Position numbers and translations under genes: made by a program
In this document: in pieces, positions 49,301 through 63,700 of the stretch
How the letters are laid out: every line of letters begins with the position of its first letter
Numbering within the stretch: position 1 is the stretch's first letter
Notes under the pieces: generated by a model
The model's database searches: none
Told to the model about the DNA's origin: nothing
The model's input: the letters and a program-made list of their open reading frames with translations, nothing else
Origin: Macrostomum lignano
Taxonomy: Eukaryota
Reading direction: 5' to 3'
Assembly (NCBI GenBank): GCA_002269645.1
Contig: NIVC01000184.1
Location: 620,001 to 684,000, forward strand
DNA: 64,000 nucleotides

Positions 49301-52300
49301 ATGTAGAAAATAAAGGGTAAAAATAAAATCGTGCTACTGTTGGGATGAAAATGCGACCATCAAGATTTAACTAACCTGCATTCTCGGCAAATTTGGGCGT
49401 TTTGCCTCCGCCAACGAGAGCGAACATGTTGCTGCGGCCAAGCATGCTGGCTGATGACAAACTGCCCAGCTTCTCTCCATCTGGGATTAGCGAGGATATG
49501 TATTGAGAAATTAGAATCGAAATAGGTTGGATAATAAGAAAGTATACTTTCTTGGGTCTATGTATAAGAAAGTAAAAATTTTAATAATTTGATGAAGATG
49601 TCAAAATGACTTACCAAGCTGCCCCAGATAGGCTAACGGGTTGACATTGAAGACCAAAGCACCATTCTCAGGACAGCAGGTGAAGCAAGCTAAAGTGTGT
49701 AAGGAAAATCTTATAAGAAAGAAATATGAAGCAAATTTAAATTATATTAAGTAACTAGTTTACTGAAATTAGGCAAAGCTACTCAAAGGCTTTATTGAGC
49801 AATAAATTAGTTATCTAAACAAGTAGGCTAAGAGTTGGGGCCTTAAAGCTTTAGGTTATTATTATAAGCTTTATATGCAAATAATGATATTTTATTTTTT
49901 AAAAACAATTATACTGTATAATAGGATAATAACCAAGCAGTTTTTAACCTTATTTATTTATTCTTCTTAGAGGGAGGTGTGTCCAACTTAGGACTTAAAA
50001 AACAAGTTTGTCACAACTAGTGAAAAGCATCACTGTCAATTCTATCAACTCTCTTAAGCATACATATAAGTACATAGATATGTATATCCAGTCACATGAA
50101 TAGGTATACATAGGGAGTACATTGTGGCCCTAACTTGTCTAGACCATTGGCACATAAAATCACTACACTAGACTATAGCTCTATTCTATATAGTGTAGAG
50201 TACCATAAGATGCTACAGTGAGTAGACTAATGTAAACATGCATAGCAAAACTATGATGAAAGATGAATCATGTTGTAACTTATGATGAAATATGAGTCAT
50301 GTTACTAATGAAGTGAGCACTATTTTAGTGTTGGGTGCCCCCTTTTGTCAGCTGTGCCCTGCGCCCTTCTGAGTTGTTGGCTGCCACTGGCCGCAGCTCT
50401 CCCTCTCCTTCTCCCTCTTAGCAGCAAGACTTATAGCAGCCTTAAAATATCTTGTGCTTTGCCATAGCAATGAAGCAAGGCTATATTTCTGAGAGAGAAA
50501 ATTATCAAATAATAAGTTATTTGAGTCTTTTATGTGATCTTTTATGTGATCTTTTATGTGATTTTATGTGTCTTTTATGTTTAACAATTTTATTGCTAGC
50601 TTTTCCTGTCCAATTTGATTTCTACACTCAAGGAATACATTGACCTCTGCACTCGAGAAATACATCTTGACTTCTGCACTCAAGGAATACATTGACCTCT
50701 GCACTTAAGGAATGCATTGACCTCTGCACTCGAGGAATACATTGATTTTTGCACTCAAGAAACAGTTTGACTGATTGTTATGCTCTCACATTTGGCCAAT
50801 TTTGGACTTCAAGGACTTCAAGAGGACTATTCCGGAGGAAACAGACTTAAGAAGACAAGCTCTACAGACTTGCACAACAAAGAGGAGCCTGCAACAGTAA
50901 GTGATCACTGATTTTGTTTGTAGGCTTAAGCGTCTGGAAGTGGGAGTTTTCGAATGACTGATCACTACTCAATCAGAGTACTTATAGGCACAGTGGCTGT
51001 GTCTATAATATTGGAGCTTATAGGCATGGTGGCCATGTCTATTATATTTGAGCTTATAAGCATGGGCATGGCTATTATCATCGATATAAAATGTGTGTTC
51101 TGTAAGGCTCTCTCATAAGCAAATGGTAGCTTAGTGGATATGTCAATTGCCTTGTGATTGCATGTAAGAAGTTTCAAATCCCAAGAAGTAAGCATTTTTT
51201 TCATTTAATTTTTTTAGTGAACAGAATTTTTTCCATCTTGAACTTTTTAGGTTTTTTAATTAAAATAAAATAATAATTAAAATTAAATTTTTTAATAAGA
51301 GTAGAAATGTTCACTAAATCTTAAAGTGTGGCTGCAAGTATATACATAGCTATATCTGTAAGTATTTGAACTTACTGATTATTACAAATTAACAAATTTT
51401 ATATTATAAGAAGTTTGCCATATTTTTGTTTATACTCGTCAATTATTGCTGGATTTTCATTTATTCTCAAGTCACTTAATTATGCATTTAGTAAGGCTAT
51501 ATAATGTTTAACTCATGACAAAGTACGGCCAATATATATTGAAAAAAAAATTTTTTTTCAGTAGCTACATGTATAATTAGAGCCACACTTTAAGATTTAG
51601 TGTTATTCTTAAAATTTTAATTTGATTTAGTTAAAAAAAATTCAAATTAAAAAAACCCTGACCACTTGGGATTTGAACCTTTTCATGTAATCACAAGGGA
51701 ATTAACTTATTAACTTATCAACTAAGCCACTATTTGCTTATGTTATAAGAGATCCCTACAAAATACACATTCTAAATTGATGATTATATATATGGCAGCC
51801 ATGCCTATAAGCTCCAATATTATAAACATGCCCACCCAACGTGTCTCCAAGTATGAATCCATTTATATTAACAACACGGCCATCCACCATGTCTCTAAAT
51901 ATGAACCCATTCAATATTAATGACATGGTCACCTACTATGTCTCTAATTGTGAACTGTGAACCCATTCAATATTAACAACACAGCCACCCACCATGTCTC
52001 TAAGTGTGAACCCATTTAATATTAACAACATGACCATCCACTGTGTCTCTAAGTGTGAACCTATTCAATATTAACATGGCCATCTACCATGTCTAAGTGT
52101 GAACCCTGCAACAGATGAATGCATGCAACACATGGTAGTCATATCTATAAATATAGAGCTAGTCACTATTAGAGACATAGCCATTGTGTCTATAAGTTTC
52201 TGCACTATAGACATGGCTAGAGGTCGGACGGGATTGAAATCTTTGGGTGGGATCGGGATTGGGAATAATTTTTTCTCGGGATTGGGATTTGGGAATTGGG

Positions 52301-53991
52301 ATCAGGTCTTTTAGTGTATTGTCCATGTAAAGTTAAACAAAATTGAGAAAAGATTGTCAAGATCAAGAAGTAAAACACAACAAAATTGATATGAAGTTTT
52401 GTAACCAACTGTGCTAGTATGTTTCTGTTAATTACCTTTACTATTCTTTGTACCTAATAAAATGCCTATTATGATTCATACATGTAAATTAGCTGATTTA
52501 TAACCATGTTAAATTCGCGCACAAACTAGAAACTAATTTTAGCATTTGTTTTACCATGCAAAATATTATCGATAAATATTTTTGTTATAAACATAGCCGT
52601 CTGAAACAGTATATATACGAGTGATTTTTGCCAAATAAAAGTAACCTTTTCTTGCTCTTGAAATATTTTGTGCGCTATAATATTGGTTTGTTCTATATTC
52701 TCAGATAAACTTTGAAATCTTGTTGAGTTAGTTATTTTAAGGAAAAAGGGAGTAACAGTGCTCAGAAACTTACTAAAAGAAGGGATTGGGAAAATATTAA
52801 AAAGGGAAATTTGGAGAGTTGTGCTGTGACCCTCTAATCCCAGTGAACACCTGACTAGGACAATCTAATAAGTTCATGTACTAGTACTAGACTGCTCAGG
52901 CCATACATAAGACGCTACTAGACTAATACATAAGACGCTACCAGACTAATACATAAAACGCTACCAGAATATTCAAATGAAATTCTAAGAAACAGTTAGA
53001 AACATTAAGGCAAGATTTAGTGTCAGCAGTAGAATTAGTGAGATATTATTAAGAAGGAAGAATTAGCCCCGTTACAACTTTGGTGTCAGCAGCTGAGATT
53101 TCTAGACAAAGGAATTTTTATAGAGAGCCAAGAGGCCTGTGACAACTTTGGTGTCAGCAGAGGGATAATTTGTAGGGACAGAAGTAACCCCTACGATACA
53201 ACAAAGTAAATAATGTAACAAGTACAAGTTAAAGTAAATACCTTCAAGTAATCACTAATTCTATAAATTATTAATCGAAGGACCTGTTCCCAAATATTAA
53301 GTTTTTTAGGGTCGGGATTCTGGTCCTGCGGGAATTCAATTTTCCTTGGGATCCCAAGATTTCGGGATCAGGATCAGGATCTCGTCCAACCTCTAGACAT
53401 GGCTGCCATGTTTCTAAGTGTAGTGTTGTTTATTTGATTGAATTTTTTTAATTTTAGATTTTATATTTGGATTATTCTTGTCTCATCTTATCTAGAATTT
53501 TTAGACTTATAACCCTTTCTTGTCTTAATAAAATCTCAAATTTTGATAGCTCTAAGACAAGTCTAATGTCAATTTTATTGTATTTTAGCAGTTAGACTTG
53601 GAACTCACTATTTTTTAAGTTTAAAATTATAAAAGCACCTAGGGCATATTGTTTAATTAGTGTCAATTTTAAAAATGGCTTTTATTAAGCAAAGTATGAT
53701 AGGTTATTATTATTGTATTAAAATATTTATAACTAAAAAAATTAATGACTATGCTCCTTAGGTATTTTTCCTCCCGTCTAGTTTATTTTTTGTTAACAGA
53801 ATTGTATTGCAAAATTATTACATTTGCATTTCAAATGCATATCGGCAAATCTCAGGATCCACATTAAGGTCCATAGGTCTAGGCCCTACTTCTAGTCTTA
53901 AGAATAGACAGAATAGACAAAAAAGGAATATGAAAAACGACTTACAAAAATCTTCATTGAAGTTGACAGATCGAATTACACACCTTTGCAT
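46350..53991 (-). CDS. WDR45: WD-repeat phosphoinositide-interacting protein (PROPPIN), WDR45/WIPI4-like, 382 aa
   Basis: Six exons join in frame (1149 nt): 53991-53946, 49689-49615, 49480-49376, 49283-49196, 47514-47298 and 46967-46350. Sequence includes VNFNEDFSCFTCC, SMLGRSNMFALVGGG, IIWDE, AHQAPL, GTLVRLF, the LRRG lipid-binding motif and ASDKGTVHVW. WDR45 versus WDR45B was judged by eye. Confidence 0.92.
47025..47235 (+). repeat. Degenerate AATCCCTAATCTTCC array (WDR45 intron 5)
   Basis: About 14 imperfect units, several containing CCCTAA. Confidence 0.85.
47640..49175 (+). repeat. 34-bp minisatellite GAGATGGGATCAGTGAATGATTATTGGGAATGCT (WDR45 intron 4)
   Basis: About 44 copies; period 34-35. 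Confidence 0.98.
50630..50760 (+). repeat. Short tandem repeat CTGCACTCAAGGAATACATTGACCT, about 5 copies
   Basis: Directly visible in WDR45 intron 1. Confidence 0.85.
51010..51830. repeat. Old degenerate inverted repeat (arms about 51010-51350 and 51560-51830)
   Basis: CACTAAATCTTAAAGTGTGGCT pairs with AGCCACACTTTAAGATTTAGTG, and ATAATATTGGAGCTTATAGGCATGG with CCATGCCTATAAGCTCCAATATTAT. Confidence 0.75.
51800..52120 (+). repeat. Degenerate tandem repeat of about 47 bp (AACCCATTCAATATTAACAACA...CATGTCTCTAAG)
   Basis: About 6 diverged copies. Confidence 0.8.
52218..53395. mobile_element. hAT-type non-autonomous element, long copy (1178 bp)
   Basis: TIR TAGAGGTCGGACG / CGTCCAACCTCTA, exact 8-bp TSD GACATGGC, and subterminal CGGGAT repeats. 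Confidence 0.92.
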
Positions 53992-56539
53992 GCTCTTTCT
54001 GCTTTGCTACAAAGTGACAAGCCTAACAAACATCTACTAGACCTATTTTAATTATTAGCCTATTGAGTAGGGCTTCTCGATGGCTGGGACACAATGTAAA
54101 ACACGAACACGTCACAACAATAAACAAACTCTTAGTCTTAGCGGATTTAAAACCATAGGCCTATGTTTAAATTAATTCATTGTAGCTTAAGTTGTGTCCT
54201 TAACTGAAATTAAACTACAATAAATTTAACTCATGATACTGCTAATTACTAAAGGAAAATACTATCGACTATCGTTTTTTTGACTCAGTTATGCATTGAA
54301 TGGAATTTACCGCTGCAGTTTTTAAGTTCAATTGAATTCGGATTTGTGATTGATTCAAATGAACGCCGTAAGTTTAAGAACCAGATAATCAAATTTTAGG
54401 TTAAGATATGAAATAATATTCGACAACAAAATTATTGAATACTTGTTACTATAACTTTTTTTGACAAAAAACAATAACTTTGGTTAAAAAAGCTCAACTA
54501 ACTATGTCGCAATAAATATGAATTCTTAATCAAATTTGAGCTGTAGATTTTCATAGAAGGTACACGTCAGAGCATGCAATGTTTTCTCCGCTCATCAAAA
54601 TATTATGAGCTTTATGAAGGCCTACATTTACGAGACTCGTAGAATGTCAAAACACAAAACAGAAATTTCAACAGCAAAATAAAAAATATTACTTCTACAG
54701 TCCAAGACCAGGAAATATTCGTAACTTGAGATTCCTAAATTCCTAAATTTGGAATAACCATTTGTCCTTTGGCATCTTTCTTGTGATCGAATGGTTTAAA
54801 AGAGCATAGAACATTTGTGACCCGACCTAAAACTCAAAGATCGAGAAATTCAATCAAACAAAATTATTTAAAACTCATGTCTCCGACTTTTTCACTTGCG
54901 CGGAGAAGCTCGTTTTTTATGCTTGATCCCGCCGTCAATTTTTTTATTAATTTTTACACTGTATATAAATTTACTCTGTAGAAATCTGAATAATTACGTA
55001 GATAGATATGCCGATTTCAAATTAAGTATGGACGTCGACGCATCTCAAAAGATTCGCGAAACTCAAGGGGCAAGACGTCTTTTCAGAACGGAGCATAGAA
55101 TTGTGGCACAATTTTTATGCACAGTACATAAAAGAATGATAGATTCAAATGCTGCCTGTACATGTACACACGACAGTAAAATGAAGTGACTACTGTATAT
55201 GATTTTATTTATTATTTAAACAAGACCATGACCATGCAGGCTTTCCCCTAAAATGCAGCTTATAGTATAGTCAAGGTCAAATCCGAGACTGTTGTTCAGC
55301 TGTAAAAATAGACAGCTCGTAGATACGACATTAGTTTAGTTGTTTTCAGTCAGCCATTCGTCAGAATTCGCATCAGTTGACTGAAGCGCAGAATGTCCAA
55401 AGATTCAGTGCAGCTTTAAGCTGTCACCTGAGGTGACGCAGAAGGGCCGGAATTTCTGGAGCAAATTGAAGCCAGTGATGAGAGGTAGTTCTATCGCTGA
55501 AGAGACATTAACTGTTGCATACAATTGTAGCGGCAGGTCGGCAGTGCCAATATATTTTTACTCAAATGAAAGGTCCACGAGACCAGATTTATTTCCGCGC
55601 ACAAGCGCACGACACCTGTGTTTGTCTTCCTTTTCCTTCAGTTAAAATCAGGGTTGAGGAGTAAAATTTCAGGGGACAAAAGCCATCTTGGCAGCGTGCA
55701 AGGAAGCGCGGTACGTGACCTGGACAGTCGTCGAGGAGTACGTCTCGGAATTGAAGCCTCATGCGTCGTCGGGGAAATGCAGAGAATTACGTTTTAGCGG
55801 CGGCTATGTGGAGTGCCTTTTTGGCTGCCTGCGTCAGCTCAAATTTTTTTCTTTAAAGTTTTATTGTTCCAATTTTCTTGCATCGGTGTTTGCATTCGTA
55901 ACGCCAAATATACTTTTAATTCAAGTTGTTGCCTTTATGGGATAGCTTCCGCGCATCCCCTTTCGTGCCAATGCTGCTCTTGATTCTTCTTTTTGTGTTT
56001 AATCTGAGTAGATCCTATTTTATTTAATGTTGTCTGATCTCTTTCACATCAAAAAAGACAAGTCAAACAACACAGCGTCCAAGGAAATTGACAATGTAAT
56101 ATTTGAATTTAATTTATCCAGCTATAGTTGCTAAACCAAGTGGCATTAACACAGCAACATTAAGAATCTAATTTTACTGTTTTGAAATAAGGTTGACGCG
56201 GATACAGTGTCGGACAGTTGCAACAGAGGGGTAGAACACGGACACGAGTGAGTAAGTAAATATGCAAAAAAACTAAGGGCGTAGTTTGATATTTTTAAAC
56301 CAAGTACGACAATAATAAGTTTATACCTAAAATCGATATTTGCTACATATTATTTTAAGATGACAGAAACGTCACTTTGAATTTAAAAAGAGAACTATCC
56401 TACACAAGCAATTTTCAGCAAGACAGTTAGTGCTTGCCATTTATGAAGGGAGGGAGAGTGTGGACAAAAAACTAAACAGTAAAAATTGTCCATCAACTGA
56501 CAGGTTCAGACCAGTTGCAGCTCAATCGAATTCGAATAT

Positions 56540-59500
56540 TTAGATAATGATCTCATAGTCGTCGCCCAATTCTTCCTCAGTAGGCAGCAGAATCTGATCT
56601 TCTGGAATTAGATTCCGATCAACAAGCGGCAGGCCTAGCCTTTGCCGTCTCTCCAATTCTAGGTAGGCCTCGCGGGTCACCCATTCGCGCTTATTTGGCG
56701 GCGGGATGTGGACTAAGAAGTACATGAACACGACGAAGCCCAGAGTGATGGAGGAGAATAGGAACATTTTGTGCCGGAAGATGTCGTCCTCTTTGTCTGC
56801 CGGGTTGTAGCCATGAGGAATCCAGTCCTACAGTGCAATCGAAGTTTCAAAATAAATTAATGTCGCCAGTTGTCTGATGTAGCCAGCAGCTTTGCAGGCC
56901 AGAGATTGCTAACAAATTAAAATGGGTCTCAACCACCTGTTAAATAGAGTTGTGCCTTTATCACAATGCCATTTCGGAGTTCTGGGTCCAAACTCAGGAT
57001 GCCAAAATGAAAACTGAGATACTGGCTAGAGAAATAATGAAGCAATATATCTAAGCTATCCTTTATAGTTCTGAGCCTCTCTGACCCATAGAAATTTCAA
57101 AAGCCTGCAGACTCCAAGTTTATACAGATTGCTAAAAGTTGAAAACTGATTAGTCTTAAAATATAAAAATCCAAATAATGATATTTTAAATTAGGTATAA
57201 ATTAAACAAACAAGGAACTTGAATTAAATGATTTATATTTGCTTATTGATTGTTTTGCAATTCCAATTCATTTTAAATGAAAATCAATTCATTAGCAATT
57301 TTTGGTAAATGGCAGGAATAACTGTAACTGTCTTATTACAGCTGAATGCCTTGTCATATAATTAGTACTACATCTGAATTTTTGGTAAATTAGTATATGT
57401 AGGATCATGAGCTTAGGAATAAGGGCTACAAGTCAAAAGGGTGACACTCACAATATTTTTATTGTAATTAGAATTTCACATATATTAGACCCATGTTTAT
57501 TTTAATATATTTGGTAAAATGGATTAGACTTTTTTAAATATTGATATATTTATATTATTATGCAGTAATGCATAATTCAATCCATAGTCAGACTCATATT
57601 ATATATATGCTAGAAGTTACCGAAAAATATTTTTAATTGTATATCAGATATACTAGGCAAACTGTACAAGTGCACTAGGTATGCCAGTAGTTGACTAATA
57701 TAGTGATCCGCTAGTTTGGTGTTAGGCATTGCAGCTTATTAGCAGCTTTTTTTGCCCTCACCTTGGGTCAACTGCTAGACAGCCTCCTTTCCCCTTTGCT
57801 GCCTATTATCTGGTGCCCACTTTTTCTTTGCGCACTTGCTTGTAACACGAGCTTTCTCTGCTATGGCCTGCTCTGCATTTCATTCCTATCCTGAGGTTGC
57901 ACTGGTGGCCTATTTCCCTTGTTAGGTGAGCAAGTCACCTGACAAGTCTTGTGTTCTTGAAGTCCTAAAGTGCAGTAAATATGTTTAATGCACTTGTTGT
58001 CCTATGTTTATGGGAGGAATCATGTGCTTTGGGCCCTTGCCTTCTCTAAGATAACAGGTGACTCATGTTTTTAAAAGTAGATACTAAGTCATGCAGCCCT
58101 ATGCACTTTACTCATAGACCCTGCCTTCTCTAAGGTGCAGGGTGATGTCAGTTCTAAAAATAGAACAGAGTCACAAGGTCTGGCGCACACTGGCTCAGTG
58201 GGGTTTCCCTGGCCTATAAATACATGCCCTTCACCCTTGGTTCAGTCAAGGATTTGTATTCTTATTGTTCTTCTTTAGTCTAGTTTTCTAGACTGTGTTT
58301 ACTTGCCTATTTAAGCTATCTGTAATTGGCTAGACTAAACTTAGATGCCAAAGCCTAAGGGAGACTAACACTACCTTCCCAGCCATCCCCTGAGCCTGAC
58401 AGGATCTGCTGACCAGGACACCTTGTTTATTAATCTGCAAATTTGCATGCTGTACTAAGTTTATTGACTTATTTATTTTGTTCTGACAGGAAGCTTATCC
58501 CACTGAAGGCCAAGACCTAAAGGAACTAGTGGTAGCATTATCTATGCTACTAAGAGCTAATAGAAGGCTTCTAGTTGAGAAGACAGAAAGCCCAAATCAC
58601 TGTGCTAGACAGCAGGAGAAGCATAGGTACATTGGTAGTAGTGATGAGATTCAAATACCAACCAGGCCACCTTGAGACAACCCCCAGACAAACCCTAAGT
58701 ATAACACTAAAATCTCCTAGCCCCTAGCCTACTCCAGCATTGATATAAACATTTGCATTAATTCAAAAATAAAAAACCCAGGACTTCTACCTTTCTTTTA
58801 GCTTTATTGATATTCTAGTTAACTAGTTAGCTAAAAATTATAAAATAAGTTGCATATTCAATATTGCTACTTAGAAAATTTAACAAATTTAACAAATATG
58901 CTTGTACAAGTTAGCCTAATGTTAACTATTTGTACATAACAAAAACATTATAATATAGAAATCTGACATTTGCGAACTTGTAATTTTAATAAATATATTA
59001 ATGACAATTGCCCTTTTGACTGTCACCCTTTAAATTGTTGCCTTTTTGACTATTGCCCATTTGACTACGGCCTTTTTGATCAATAGCCAAATATCTCAAT
59101 TTAGTACATTGTATGTAATAAGCTAAAATAAGCTTAACTGCTATAAACAATAAAACGCAATTTTATTTTAACAGATAATTTTATATAGCTCTTTTCTGAA
59201 AGATAATGAACTATATATAACATACTTGATATGAACGTATATAGTCCTAGAACTTTAAGTATTAGAAAGAATTCAAGCATAGCAAGTGCTTAATAGATGA
59301 TCTAATCTAAAATCACTAGGTAATTAAAATCAATTGAGATAAAAAGTCACAAACATTTTATTGCAAAATATAGGTTTTTGCCCAAAATGAAAGTTTTAAT
59401 ATATTGAAAATTTAGAAAATTTCATTTTTTTAAATTTAAAACTTGTGTTGTAGGGCTTACTTTTACAAGCCCTACGACACATTTCTTCAATTATTAACCA

Positions 59501-60672
59501 CTTCTACACTTGATAACTTTGTGTTACTTAATCAATTTTTAAAAGTATGATATCATTTCACTTATAAAATCTAGGGCAATAATGTAAGATGATTGAAAAA
59601 TGGATTTCATTTTTTTATTAGACACCCTAATATAGAATACTAATATAGATATATAGTATAGAATATATAGAACTAATATAACTAATAAATCTAATATATT
59701 TTAACTATTTATAAATTTTAATAATTAAAATATCACTATGATCTATTGTATAATTCAATTAAATATATTAGGATCCTTTGGACTATTGCCTTTTTGATTA
59801 TTAACTTTTGACTATATACAAATATAGTTAGCAAAAATAGTTTATATTTATAATCTACAAGCTGTTGAAACCCGCGGATTTTGAACCCGGGGAATTCCAA
59901 TCCCCGGAACTACTTTTGCATGTATTCTGAAATCTAAGGCCATACACAAACAAATTAATAGTTAGTAGGATAGAGGTAGACATAAAATAGAGCACATTTG
60001 TGTAAATTAGGTTTTGAGGCAAACGTTGATATTGTTTGCTGGAATGCTAGGGTACTCCACAGAATGCCAGGCAATGTCTGTCTGACTCTAAAACATGTAT
60101 TGGCAAAATCTGGCCTCTCCCTGACTCTCCCTATGTCCCTTGGATCCTTTAAAATTTCTATTGTCTCTTCTGTTTCCTTTCTTCTCTCTCATCCCTCGTC
60201 TCTCATCTCTCCTCTCTTTTCTCTCCTCTCTTCTTTTGTATCTTCCCTCATCTCTCTTCTCTTTCATCTCTCTTATCTCATCTCTTCCCTATTCTTTTCT
60301 CTCTCCTCTCCTCTCTCCTCTCTACTCTTTTGTTTTCTCTCTCCTCTCCTCTCTCTTCTCCCCCCCTCTTCTCTCGTCTCTTCCTTCTCCTCTCTATTCT
60401 TTTCTCTCTTCTCTTAACTCTCTCCTCTACTCTCTCATCTCTCCTCTCTACTCTTTCCTCTCTCTCTCCTCTCTCCCCTCTTCTCTCGTCTCTTCCCTCA
60501 CCTCTTTCCTCTCTCTCTTTCCTCTCATCTCTTTTCTTGTTTTATCTCTTCTCTCTCTCCCCTCGTCGCTTGTCTCTTCCCTCACCTCTCTTCTCTCTCG
60601 TCCGCTTTTTCATCTCTCCTTTCTCTTCTTTTATATTTTCTCTCTTATCTCTTCTCGTTTCTCTCTGCTCTG

Positions 60673-60727
<55 letters not shown>

Positions 60728-63700
60728 CTCTCCCATCTCTTTTCTCCTCTCTACTCTCTCCCCTCTTCATTCTCCTATTTCCTCTTCTCTCTCCCTGTCT
60801 CTCCTTTCTCCTCTAGTCTCTGTAATCTCTTCTCTCTTCTCTCTCCTCTGTTCTCTCCACTCTCCCATCTCTCATCTGTTCATCTGCTCTCTCATCTGTC
60901 ATCTTTACTCTCTTATACGTTCTCTCACTTATCTCCTCTGTACTCTTCTCTTCACCTCTTCTCACTCCTCTCTTTCCTTACTCCTCTCTTCTTTTCTTTT
61001 CCCTTTCTATACTCTCTCTCCTCTATTATCTTCTCTCATCTCTCTGCACTCTCCTCTCACCTTTTTCATCTCTCATCTCTTCTTTGATCTGTCTCATCTT
61101 TACAATCTCATCTCTTTCCTCTCTCCTCCTCTTCCCTTTACTCTCTCATCTCTTCTTTCTCCCCTTTTCTTACACCCCTCTCTTATCTCTATCTCTTCTC
61201 TTCTGACCCCTTCTCTCCCCCTCTTATCTCCTCTCTTTTCTATCCTTTCTACTCTCTCCTCTCTAATCTCTCATCTCCTCTTGACCCTCTGTCATCTTCT
61301 TTCTGCTCTCTCATCTCTCATCTCCTCTCATCTCTTCTCTACTCTCCTCTCATCGATCCTCTGTCTCATCTCTCCCCTCTTCTCACCTTTACTCTTTCCT
61401 CTCCCTCCTTTCTCCCCTCCTCTCACTTCTTCCTCCTTTCTTCTCTGCTCTCTCCTTACCACTTGTCTCTCCTCTTATATTCCATGTTTTCTCATATCCC
61501 CCTCTCGCCTCTCCTCTCTTCTAATAGTCTATTCCTTCTCCTTTCCTCTCTCATCTGGCCCGCACATAAGCTGGATTCTTTATCTGGCTTTTGAAGTAAA
61601 AGTCTACCTATTCCTGCTTGGTAAGCCATGCAGTTTGTGGGACGTACTACTCTCATGGCTGTTCTCATGCTTTGATCACATCATTTTTCTTGCCAATTTG
61701 CAGCCCTGAAAGGAATTTGTGTATTTTCAGCTCCACTGCAGTCTGCATCAGTCTAACAACCAAGGAAATAAGCATTTTTAAGGACATTTAATATTTAAAG
61801 TACTTTTAAGAGAAACCTAAAATTTCCATGGTGTGACTAATTTAGTAGGGTTGTATTGCATTGCATTGCCTTTTCATAAATCTTTTGCTTTTACAAACCA
61901 TGCTGGATAGTGGATTCCCTCGATTTGCCAATTGCCATATACTGTTAAACTGCTGCAGAGTTTGCCAATACAGAGGGGAGGGCAGTGGTTAGAATTTCTC
62001 ACTAAACTGTCATGGCTAAACATAGCCTCTCCACTCTCGGTGTGCAGAGAAGGCTATAAATAAAGTTATTCCAAAACACTGTACATTTGCTATGTACATT
62101 CAGTCCTATTGCCTGACCCTTCGTCTGGCTCTGGGGGAATGAGTGAGTGAGTGGCACAAACAACAGAAAAAGCAGACAAACTTCACATGCTTACAGTTTC
62201 TGTTCTGATTGAGTTAGAGAGTTGAAACTTTACATTTAGACAGAGAATGAATCAAAGAAGAATTGTGTTAAGTTAGAAGTCAATCGCTTTGCATGGAGCA
62301 AACTTATGGCAGCCGAAAGTTAGTCATTTTAAAACCCATTTACACCCTTTGCCCAGATCGGGAAAGAGGCAGGCAGGCGGAGGTTGGGGTGGCTGTCTCG
62401 CTGAAAAAAACAGCCAAACTTTAAAAGTGCACAGCACCATTTAGGATTAACTTTGAGATTTGAAATTTTACACGATTGTGTCAAAATAGTTGAAATTGCC
62501 TGTGTCAAATTTGAACAGAATCGGTAGAAGTGGAGCGTCGCTATGGAGGATTAGTGAAAAAATCGCGCATTTTGAGCAGTTTTTTGTACTTTTAGGTAGG
62601 AAGACTTGAGTCTAGGAAATTAAAAGGTAGCCTAAGACATTCTCCGTAGTAAGTTTAGGGTGGGTGTAAAGTTTGGTGTAATTTGGTTGAGCAGTTTGGG
62701 AGTCCATAGCGATCAAATTTGTACACAGACTAGAGGTCGGACGGGATTGAAATCTTTGGGCGGGATCGGGATCGGGAATAATTTTTTTCTCGGGATCGGG
62801 ATCAGGATCGGGATTTTGGGAATCGGGATCAGGTCTTTTAGTGTATTGTCCATGTAAAGTTAAACAAAATTGAGAAAAGATTGTCAAGATCAAGAAGTAA
62901 AACACAACGAAATTGATATAAAGTTTTGTAACCAACAAAGTAAATAATGTAACGAGTACAAGTTAAAGCAAAATACCTTCAAGTAATCACTAATTCTATA
63001 AATTATTTAATCAAAAGACCTGTTCCCGAATCTCGAGTTTTTTAGGGTCGGGATTCTCGTCCCGCGGGAATTCAATTTTTCTCGGGATCCCAAGATTTCG
63101 GGATCGGGATCGGGATCCCGTCTGACCTCTAACACAGACACACACACAGACAGACAGAGTTTTGATTTTTATATGTAGAGATGAACTAGCAAATTAAATT
63201 TTTGCCAAAGTTTTTTTTTCCAAATTGTTTAGGATTCAAAATATAATACTACAAGAGTTAACACTAGAACTAGGCCTATGTCTAAAATAGGCCTTAACAA
63301 GAAAATATGAGGCACAAATAAAAAAATCAAATAGCCCCTACTGGCCTAGGCCCCTACCCTAGTTTTTTATATTTTATAGGCCTATGCCTATGGACATTAC
63401 ATTTCAATTTCATTATTGAAAATGAAATAGAACATACTATTACTATAGCTAGATCTAATAAAATTCTTTTTTTAACTTAAATGCATTACCTCAAAGTCCT
63501 CTTTTACAGAAGCTTCAATTTCTTGCTTTTCTGCTTCTGTAAGTGAATTCTGATCAAGAATATAGTCATCTTTATGAGCTCCAGCCAAAGATCTTTTTGG
63601 AAAGCCACAAGGGCTACCATTGACATTATTCAAGACTTTGTTGAGAGGCAAAAGTATAGGTCTATTGGCAGTGGACATGCAGCACATATGGATGGCTTGG

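Noticed and set aside
54896-55945. Small plus-strand ORFs between NDUFB11 and WDR45
   Set aside because: Short, non-ATG starts, no recognisable motif and no consistent splice model.
59998-61709. 315-aa and 459-aa Leu/Ser-rich membrane-protein-like ORFs
   Set aside because: A pure CT low-complexity tract cannot encode stop codons efficiently; artefact.
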